Of a stretch of DNA of 64,000 nt, positions 56,998-64,000 are shown piece after piece. Source of the DNA: a virus. The first letter of the stretch is position 1. Every line of letters begins with the position of its first letter. The notes below the pieces were generated by a model. The model was not told where the DNA came from, ran no database searches, and worked only from the letters and a program-made list of their open reading frames with translations. The stretch is from the IMG/VR virus record IMGVR_UViG_3300025057_000003, positions 32,001 through 96,000 of that record, one strand, 5' to 3'. The position numbers and the translations under genes are program-made.

Positions 56998-57984
56998 TTA
57001 TAATTTTATTTTATTTGTTGCAAAATTATAAGGAAGGCTATAATCTTTCTCATTATAATGGTACTCAGCTACGTTCAATGCATCGGTTAACATAAAAGCC
57101 CATCCTCTCATAGTATCATCAAGAACTTCAAAAATGTAAACTTGATTATACTTGTCTATTACAACAAACTTAAACAAAATTTTGTAATCATCACGTATTT
57201 TTTCATCTAAATTTTCATATACAAGTTTAAAATATATTGCAGCCTGCAAGTAATATTTATAATACTCAACAGTCTCCTCAAACTCAACTATAGTCTTAGA
57301 TGTAGTCTTGAGATCACAAATTGTGACAGTTTTATTTTCATGGTCTATTTTATAGAAATCTACGTAGCCGTGTAAGCCAAACTTTTTTTGTTTAAGTGTA
57401 CACTTTAAATATTTTTCCACATATCTTTCTTCTGAATCTAACTCAAAGTCAGTCTCATTATTTGTAAATAGTTCCTTCACATCAGCGTGTGAGTTTAAAA
57501 TATCCACGTAGTCATTGCAACGAGCAAGGGTATCTTGGTCAATAACATCCACAGTTTTATTGAGAATAAATTTCCAATATGTTTCATAATCATCAATTTT
57601 AATTTTAGCAATTCTTTGTTCATCAGTCTTAAGTGACTGATGCAAATTCACTTCTTTCAGAACATCTATTATTAGTTCATCATTAATATCTTCTAACTTT
57701 GCAGCATCTGTTTTCTCAGATAGTATGTGTAATACTTTTCTTACACTATCTGTAGGAGTTTTACCTGGTACAATCTTAAATTTCTTTTCAAGATTTTCAG
57801 GTTCTAGCAATAAGCAATGAACAAGCTTACCTTCAACTAGATGTTTGTCAGTACGGATCTCACGGTCCTGTAATATATACTCCTTATAAAATATAGAAGG
57901 AGAGAATAATAATTTATTTATAGAGGAGTAGCTAAAGTTAAAGTCTTTAGCATAGAACTCCTCTTCTTTTTGTTTGTCAATCAT
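56998..57984 (-). CDS. PD-(D/E)xK exonuclease (RecB/ExoVIII-like)
   Basis: FSYSSI..GKLVHCLLLEP..GYVDF..ICDLKTT..YYLQAAIY. Confidence 0.85.
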   Translation of the reverse strand: MIDKQKEEEFYAKDFNFSYSSINKLLFSPSIFYKEYILQDREIRTDKHLVEGKLVHCLLLEPENLEKKFKIVPGKTPTDSVRKVLHILSEKTDAAKLEDINDELIIDVLKEVNLHQSLKTDEQRIAKIKIDDYETYWKFILNKTVDVIDQDTLARCNDYVDILNSHADVKELFTNNETDFELDSEERYVEKYLKCTLKQKKFGLHGYVDFYKIDHENKTVTICDLKTTSKTIVEFEETVEYYKYYLQAAIYFKLVYENLDEKIRDDYKILFKFVVIDKYNQVYIFEVLDDTMRGWAFMLTDALNVAEYHYNEKDYSLPYNFATNKIKL

Positions 57985-57987
57985 ACT

Positions 57988-58821
57988 TTAAAATATATAT
58001 CTAATTGTATCAATATTAAAATAGGCTGAATATAAAAACTTCCAATGATCAAGATATGCTTCTTTATCTTTAAGCGGATATCTCATTACACCAGATTCAT
58101 TCTTTACTTCACATGAAGCAGCCATTAACTTCTGTGCTTGTTCTGATGCTTTAGCCATCTGATTAGCGTGATTAGTTAATGCAATAACTTCACACTTATT
58201 CTCACCGGCTATAGCTCTAACCATTTTAAATAGATCAGAATAACGTTCTGACCATTTATAATCAAATACCACAGGACTGTAGTTTATATGAACTTCCCAT
58301 CCTAATTTCTTAAGACGGTTAATATCATGTATCCTATCTTCTATCTTTTGCATTTTAGGTTCAAGAACATCAGCAAAAATCTGAGGCATTAGACTAACTC
58401 TAACTCTAGGCTTCTTATTAAAATGATTAACATCTAAATTTAACAAACCTGGATACTTAGTAGCCATGGTTGTATTAAGTCTTGGATGATCATCATATCT
58501 TTTAAGATAGTCTATCAATGGTTCTGGTGTATGTTTTTGCATCAATACTAAATCAGTATTACATGCAATATCCACCATAGTATATATAGGGTCTTGTTGA
58601 TCAGGTACCTTAGTAAAGCCCTCTTCCCATTTAACAACCGAATTAAATATGTCATCTACATTTGTATTTACAAAGACTCTTGTACCGTTATACCGGGACA
58701 TGTAACAATAAGTATTTACACAGCCACCAAAGCATCCGTAGATTAAATTGGGAGCTATGCAATTAGCACTATTGTTATTGTTCTTTGTTGTTAGAGTCTT
58801 TGTCTTCTGTTCTTTGATCAT
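57988..58821 (-). CDS. Spore photoproduct lyase-like radical SAM protein
   Basis: IAPNLIYGCFGGCVNTYCYM, DIACNTD, MATKY, RVRVSLMPQ, INYSPV and MRYP resemble the SplB family; Cys spacing is CX3CX4C. Confidence 0.75.
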   Translation of the reverse strand: MIKEQKTKTLTTKNNNNSANCIAPNLIYGCFGGCVNTYCYMSRYNGTRVFVNTNVDDIFNSVVKWEEGFTKVPDQQDPIYTMVDIACNTDLVLMQKHTPEPLIDYLKRYDDHPRLNTTMATKYPGLLNLDVNHFNKKPRVRVSLMPQIFADVLEPKMQKIEDRIHDINRLKKLGWEVHINYSPVVFDYKWSERYSDLFKMVRAIAGENKCEVIALTNHANQMAKASEQAQKLMAASCEVKNESGVMRYPLKDKEAYLDHWKFLYSAYFNIDTIRYIF

Positions 58822-58960
58822 AGATTCTTTTTAATCTTTCTGGTAGTACAACTCCATAGTTACACTTATCACAGCATCTGCCATCATTTACAGGCTCAGC
58901 ATTATGCCCAATGGGCTCAAAGTTTTTGCCACATATACTACAAATATATTCTTTATCCAT
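58775..58960 (-). CDS. Small zinc-finger protein
   Basis: CSICG..GHNAEPV.DGRCCDKCN..V.P.R. Confidence 0.75.
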   Translation of the reverse strand: MDKEYICSICGKNFEPIGHNAEPVNDGRCCDKCNYGVVLPERLKRIYDQRTEDKDSNNKEQ

Positions 58961-58980
58961 ACATCTAACTTTAGTTTAGT

Positions 58981-59041
58981 AAAAAAAGGGGTGGTGTGCA
59001 GACGTTCTGCACACCATTTCTAATCAATTATGGCTACCCCT
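58981..59041 (-). terminator. Intrinsic terminator with extended hairpin
   Basis: On the - strand: AGGGGT..TGGTGTGCAGA-acg-TCTGCACACCA-CCCCTTTTTTT (perfect 11-bp stem plus outer GGGGT/ACCCC pairing), just after the stop of ORF 59040..60191. Confidence 0.75.
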
Positions 59042-60191
59042 AAAACGGTAAGTCTTCAGTATATTCAGACTTCAGTTTTAAATCTTTAGGTCTTATATCA
59101 AATACAGACTCAGAGTTTGTAAGGCCTACATGACTCAATATAGTCTTGCACATTTTATTAGATATTGCACCTACAGCAAAAGGAGTTAAACAACCTTTTA
59201 CATGCAAAGCTCTAACTAACATATTAAAACCATATCCATTATTACCCTCAACATAAGGAATATCTACTAATTGTTTCCTTAATGATTTTACATTTACACT
59301 ATTCCAGTTTCTTGCATTACCAAGTAACTCTTTATAGAATGCAAATATTAAAGCCAATTTATCAAATGATTTTTCAATATTGCAATTAGCCATCATTTCT
59401 AAAGCTAAAGCTATACTATCTCTATCACCAGATTTAATCATCTGAGATATAGATTTGCATTCTTCTGGCGTAAGAACAACCGAATCTTCATTACAATAGT
59501 TTATAAGATCAGTATCTTTAACTAACTTATCAGGGTTATTTATTAAATAAGTTAAATTTTCAGAGTGTGTAACTAACCAAAATTCATGACCTTTATCTCT
59601 AAGTTTATCATGTCTATCACTAAAAGCATCTCTAACAGTATGATTAAAGCCATAAGGTATTCTATTATCAATAAAAATAAAACCATCTTTATTTATAACA
59701 TGATCAACAAAGTGACAGATTTTATCATATATAGTTTCAGAAACATAAGCTTTTATTTTAGGTAGATATACTTCTTTTATATCTGATCCTGAGTAAAAGC
59801 TATGCCAGTTATATTCAGTTAAACTTTCAAAATATTTATCTGATGTAATAATATAATCTGCTTTATCCATATCTCTTACAACTTTTATATTATACTTATC
59901 TTTTAAAAGTTGCAATTTAACTTGCGGCAATGCTAATTTTGGAGTTCTATAGAAACTTGTATCTTGTAAATTGTTTTTATCAAACTTAGGTATACTAAAT
60001 GCTGGATTAGATCTTCTACCGTTAGAAATAGAACTTAGACCCCCAATATATGAGTAGTCTTCATTAGATCCTACATGATAATTTTTATGTTTATTTACAA
60101 AGGTAATGGCATCTTCATCAACTAAAACAGATTTTACCCACGATGAATCAGTTGGGTAAATGCTTAATGTATATAATTTTTCTATTTTCAT
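59040..60191 (-). CDS. Hypothetical protein with BRCT-like segment; paralog of adjacent gene
   Basis: 383 aa; LPQVKL..LKDKYNIKVVRDMDKADYIIT and ISQMIKSGDRDSIALALEMMAN. Confidence 0.7.
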   Translation of the reverse strand: MKIEKLYTLSIYPTDSSWVKSVLVDEDAITFVNKHKNYHVGSNEDYSYIGGLSSISNGRRSNPAFSIPKFDKNNLQDTSFYRTPKLALPQVKLQLLKDKYNIKVVRDMDKADYIITSDKYFESLTEYNWHSFYSGSDIKEVYLPKIKAYVSETIYDKICHFVDHVINKDGFIFIDNRIPYGFNHTVRDAFSDRHDKLRDKGHEFWLVTHSENLTYLINNPDKLVKDTDLINYCNEDSVVLTPEECKSISQMIKSGDRDSIALALEMMANCNIEKSFDKLALIFAFYKELLGNARNWNSVNVKSLRKQLVDIPYVEGNNGYGFNMLVRALHVKGCLTPFAVGAISNKMCKTILSHVGLTNSESVFDIRPKDLKLKSEYTEDLPF

Positions 60192-61204
60192 TTTAAGTAC
60201 TTTTTATATTCTGGTTTTACACTCACTTTAAACGTATAAAGATTGCGGTTATGAATTGAAATATCTTTTCTAACTATTTTCTCTAAATATTTAAATGATT
60301 CAGTGTCTAATCTATTTTCTACTTCCAACTGTAGAATCATATCTTCAGCTGAATTATGATATAATTTACTTAGATCTGATTGTTCCTCCCAAAACTGTAC
60401 ATCTTTATCTCTACTAAACTTATGTATATAAGAATATATATTTTGAGCCAATTGCCACATTAAATGTGGTTTCTTTGTATAGTTTATTGTAGGAAGAATC
60501 TTAGCTGCTACAGCTATGTTCTCTTCATCATATGAATTTACCCACTGCGTTATTTCATTAAGAAGGTCTTCAGTTAGATCTATTAGATTTGCAGAAGCAT
60601 GTAACAATGTTTCACCACCGATTACTTTTAATTCACCTATATCTATAAGATATGCTATGTTTAAAGCTAAGGCTGAAATACCCCACTCATCAATGAGAGT
60701 TGTTTGTCCAGAACAGTTATATGAACTTATTCTTCCTTCAAGTTTCTCATCATAAATTACAGCTTTATCATGATTATCTATCATATGATGACCTCCGGTA
60801 AATGCTTCATAATTCCAAAGCCTGTACATCATTACAGTAGATTGAATTTTTTCTCCATGTTCAAATCTTTGAAAAAATTCATCATGTGTAATAATTACAT
60901 CTGCTTTTTCATAATCATTAGTAATTGTTAAACCTTTTTCTTTAGCTACAGCTTTTAATCTATCCTGTGTTATTGGAGATCTTGGTAGTATAAAAGCCCT
61001 CTTATAGTTATTAAGAGCTGTTGGTTTTATATTCTGTATAGAAAGCATATTTTTAATGTTCTCATATCTAGTTTCATCTTGTGTTATAAGCACATCAGAC
61101 ACTTCAAAATCAGATGAAAGAACCCCATAAAGGGGCTCTTTATCCAATTTAAAATGATCTAGTGCATCTTGATTGTATTCTTGATATACACTCTTATTTG
61201 CCAT
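60188..61204 (-). CDS. Hypothetical protein with BRCT-like segment; paralog of adjacent gene
   Basis: 338 aa; ITQDRLKAVAKEKGLTITNDYEKADVIIT and ITQWVNSYDEENIAVAAKIL. Confidence 0.7.
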   Translation of the reverse strand: MANKSVYQEYNQDALDHFKLDKEPLYGVLSSDFEVSDVLITQDETRYENIKNMLSIQNIKPTALNNYKRAFILPRSPITQDRLKAVAKEKGLTITNDYEKADVIITHDEFFQRFEHGEKIQSTVMMYRLWNYEAFTGGHHMIDNHDKAVIYDEKLEGRISSYNCSGQTTLIDEWGISALALNIAYLIDIGELKVIGGETLLHASANLIDLTEDLLNEITQWVNSYDEENIAVAAKILPTINYTKKPHLMWQLAQNIYSYIHKFSRDKDVQFWEEQSDLSKLYHNSAEDMILQLEVENRLDTESFKYLEKIVRKDISIHNRNLYTFKVSVKPEYKKYLK

Positions 61205-61205
61205 A

Positions 61206-62480
61206 TTATTTTACAGTCATTTTAATTATTTCAGGCTTCATCATAAGCTTATTAAACTTCTGCTTGTTCCCGTTAAAAATAGTTCTTACAACTAAGTACT
61301 TAAGATCATTAGTGAAATACTCTTTTGTGCAAAGAGTTTCCAATCTATCAGTAATCTTTTGACTAATTGTATTATCCTTAGAATATACTACTGCAAAGTT
61401 TGCAAGTCTGGTTGCTAGGGTAGATGCAATATCTGCACGATAGTTATCATCTTTACCAATACAACCGGTTAACTCACCAAGAATATATTGCTCATTGTCA
61501 TGAGTCAATAGATCTTTTGGTGTAACTAGTTTATCTAACTTATTATTAATAAATACAGTAAACATAGAAGCAAACTCTTCACCTACTGATCCTTCACCAA
61601 TCATTTGAATATATGAAAGGTTAGCCTCAAAGCTTTCAAAGCTAGAGATAGAATTAAAGAAAGTGGTGATTGCACGAGCATTTGTCTCTTGAGTCACAAG
61701 CTCAGGGTGTAGTAGCATGAAGTTAATACAACGTGTATCAATTCCTTCTTCTTCCGCCCAACGAGCCCATACGTTTACATCAAACTGCAAGTTAGCAGTA
61801 ATATAACGTGTTTTCTGTGCAGCATCAATAGAGTTAACCATATAGTCTCCGTTATCTGGATTTGCGGTTAACACAATATGCCAGTCTTGCGGTAGTGACC
61901 ACGAGATGTACGTCTGACGATCAATCAGTTCCATTACGGCCTGAATAAATCTAACGTCTGCACGGTTCCAGTCATCAAGAAGTAGGATACCACCTTTCTT
62001 CTTGTCTGAGATCCACTCAGGTGCAGCATATGACATACGGTTCTTACCTGTCATCTTGTAACCATTGCTTAAATAGTCACTTACTGCGAGCTCACTTACC
62101 CACTGCCCAATCTTCTTTGTAACAGAAGCATTATTGGCTAGCTGGGCAACATCTTTAGATGCGGCAGTCTTTGCACCGTAAGCTACAGCGTCTTTGTTGT
62201 TATTAATAGATACAACTTTCTCTTTATACATTTGGAACTCTCTAACTGGGAAACCCACGAGATCACCTAGCTCCTCAATCTGAGCTAAGTTTAGTTTTAC
62301 AAAATCAAGGTTATGTTCCTCAGCAATTTGTTTTACTGTGGATGTTTTACCAATACCTGATTCACCTAGAACTTCTATAGCAACAGGAAGTTTTCCCTGT
62401 CCCTGTAGAAATCTATTATTGTTTATAATGTGGCCCATAAAGCCTCTTAAGTCATCAATGTTTAAATTTACTTGTGCCAT
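61206..62480 (-). CDS. MoxR-like AAA+ ATPase
   Basis: Walker A GESGIGKT, LGDLVGFP, Walker B LLLDDWNRAD, sensor VLTANP, arginine finger DAAQKTRY. Confidence 0.88.
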   Translation of the reverse strand: MAQVNLNIDDLRGFMGHIINNNRFLQGQGKLPVAIEVLGESGIGKTSTVKQIAEEHNLDFVKLNLAQIEELGDLVGFPVREFQMYKEKVVSINNNKDAVAYGAKTAASKDVAQLANNASVTKKIGQWVSELAVSDYLSNGYKMTGKNRMSYAAPEWISDKKKGGILLLDDWNRADVRFIQAVMELIDRQTYISWSLPQDWHIVLTANPDNGDYMVNSIDAAQKTRYITANLQFDVNVWARWAEEEGIDTRCINFMLLHPELVTQETNARAITTFFNSISSFESFEANLSYIQMIGEGSVGEEFASMFTVFINNKLDKLVTPKDLLTHDNEQYILGELTGCIGKDDNYRADIASTLATRLANFAVVYSKDNTISQKITDRLETLCTKEYFTNDLKYLVVRTIFNGNKQKFNKLMMKPEIIKMTVK

Positions 62481-62486
62481 AATTGT

Positions 62487-63641
62487 TTAATTTAATTGTA
62501 TTTTTTTTCCGGGTAATTCTTCGTTTATTCTGCAATGACTGCTATGTACCCACAAAGCATTCTTTGGACAGTTCTCTGGGGCCCATGCCTCACCATCCGT
62601 AAAATATATAAGAGCTGTATAACGCCCGTGTTCATTGTAGTGATCTATGACAGGTTGAAATGATGTACCACCTCTACCATGTATTTGCCAATCACGCTTA
62701 GGATTAAAAGGTTCAATTGAATTGATACTTGTATCACACTGCACTACTGTAATCTGATGACCAGTCTTGTGCATATGTGTTAACTCAGACCAAAATTCCT
62801 CAAGTTCCTTTTGACTTACAGATCCTGAAGTATCAACACCTACGCAGATGTGATTTTTGAATTTAATCTTTAGTCCTGGATTTTCAGAATACCTTTTATT
62901 ATACTTTCTTCTTAGCTTCTTTGTATAAACTATAGATGAATTACCAACAAACCTTCTAAGGTAACCACGCCAATCAAACTTGGGTGGTTCTACATGACGG
63001 AGTCTTTTAATTAAGTCCGCCAACTCACCTGGAATATTACCGCATCTCTTCTCAGTCATCTCAGCATTTTCTTTGAGCTGATGCTCAACCTGCTTTTGGA
63101 TTAACTTCTTTTCTGCTTCAGATAAATCTTCAATCTCTTCCCATGTGGCATGATCATATGGAGTACTTCCATCCATTTGATCCATTAATTCATCAAGAGA
63201 TGGAGATGAGCCATCTTCACGAGCTTGTTGTAATAACTCATAATATGTTTTAGTACCAGCTCTTGCAGGAAGATCTAACTCTGGAAATGAATCCATTGTT
63301 ATACCTCCATCAGGAAGATAATCTTGATCAATGTATTGATTGATCTCCAAATCCGCAGCTATATTAAATAACTTCTTATCTGCATACTGATCTCTGACCA
63401 ACAAATGCCCAAATGATATATGAAGAAGTTCATGTTTTAATAAACCAATCCTGTGTTTATCATTCAATCCTGTAAAAAATTCAGGGTTAATTGCAAGCTG
63501 TACACCAATGCCGTGTTTACTAACACCAGCAGTAGGAAGCTTATCTGTATAAACCTTATTAAGGCCAACTAAAAAGAGCCCATAAAAGGGCTCTGTAAAA
63601 ATTAGGGTTTTACTTGCTTTTGAAACTAAATTTGCTACCAT
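62487..63641 (-). CDS. Metallopeptidase-like plus VWA domain protein (DUF2201-like)
   Basis: LKHELLHI..FNIAADLEINQ (zincin-like); VDTSGSV MIDAS motif, GRGGTSF, IYFTDG. Confidence 0.88.
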   Translation of the reverse strand: MVANLVSKASKTLIFTEPFYGLFLVGLNKVYTDKLPTAGVSKHGIGVQLAINPEFFTGLNDKHRIGLLKHELLHISFGHLLVRDQYADKKLFNIAADLEINQYIDQDYLPDGGITMDSFPELDLPARAGTKTYYELLQQAREDGSSPSLDELMDQMDGSTPYDHATWEEIEDLSEAEKKLIQKQVEHQLKENAEMTEKRCGNIPGELADLIKRLRHVEPPKFDWRGYLRRFVGNSSIVYTKKLRRKYNKRYSENPGLKIKFKNHICVGVDTSGSVSQKELEEFWSELTHMHKTGHQITVVQCDTSINSIEPFNPKRDWQIHGRGGTSFQPVIDHYNEHGRYTALIYFTDGEAWAPENCPKNALWVHSSHCRINEELPGKKIQLN

Positions 63642-64000
63642 TTTACTTTGAATTTACCATCTATGAATTTATATTCTTCTGTTAAAGCATGAAAATGCTC
63701 AACAACCAATGATTCATAAATGAGTTTTATATTTTCTATATTATCACTTTTTAATTTTGATATGCTGTTATACAGCTCTTGCATTGTGAGATCTTGATAA
63801 TTCCACATGCTCTGACCAAGCATCTCTATAAGATGACGTCTGCCACCATATGAAGTTTTTTTAAGAATAAGCCTTATAATCTCTTCCTCAGGGTTTAAGT
63901 TTTTAATTGTCTCCAAGGCCATCTCAACATCTTCAGTATTTGAAGAGTTTAACATCTTAGATAAATTATTAAATACCTCTAAATCTATTTTTAATATTTC
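63635..64000 (-). CDS. Hypothetical protein (frame open to window edge) with S-x-D/N-x-E-D helix motif
   Basis: The frame continues upstream of the track's ATG at 63955 to the window end (EILKIDLEVFNNLSKMLNSSNTEDVEMALETIKN...). Confidence 0.7.
   Translation of the reverse strand, partial: EILKIDLEVFNNLSKMLNSSNTEDVEMALETIKNLNPEEEIIRLILKKTSYGGRRHLIEMLGQSMWNYQDLTMQELYNSISKLKSDNIENIKLIYESLVVEHFHALTEEYKFIDGKFKVKW

Noticed and set aside
1-64000. Alternative genetic code (TAG/TGA recoding known in some Crassvirales)
   Set aside because: Genes up to 15.7 kb are uninterrupted in the standard code, and TAG (35461, 45796) and TGA serve as stops directly followed by or overlapping the next gene.
1-64000. 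CRISPR array, introns, inteins or homing endonucleases
   Set aside because: No regularly spaced direct repeats; PolB, NrdJ and the RNAP core appear uninterrupted, and no LAGLIDADG, HNH or intein terminal motifs were recognised by eye.

Overview
AT-rich, gene-dense fragment of a crAss-like (Crassvirales-type) phage genome, most likely infecting a Bacteroidota host (AT-rich leaders without Shine-Dalgarno sequences). It reads in the standard genetic code. Four blocks: (1) + strand 1-41.2 kb: tail stabilisation protein (5' end cut off by the window), four internal-virion/ejection proteins, a 5.2 kaa virion RNA polymerase polyprotein (GADFDID plus an HEAFH zincin) and a 1.9 kaa cargo protein with a PD-(D/E)xK nuclease domain; (2) - strand class II ribonucleotide reductase; (3) + strand 43.6-52.7 kb: membrane/holin genes, small basic proteins and three modular tail fibre/spike genes; (4) - strand 52.9-64 kb: DUF932-like protein, family B DNA polymerase, PD-(D/E)xK nuclease, spore-photoproduct-lyase-like radical SAM protein, and a MoxR-type AAA + metallopeptidase-VWA cluster with three partly paralogous partners. 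The most notable signal is a short [MFYA]-[QKE]-x-G-G motif repeated about 20 times in five late genes. It sits at boundaries between interchangeable cargo modules (outer-membrane beta-barrel-like, NlpC/CHAP-like, lysozyme-like, permuted papain-like, and one module duplicated between genes), which suggests a di-glycine-tagged virion cargo packaging or processing system. All domain calls come from motif recognition by eye; no searches were run.
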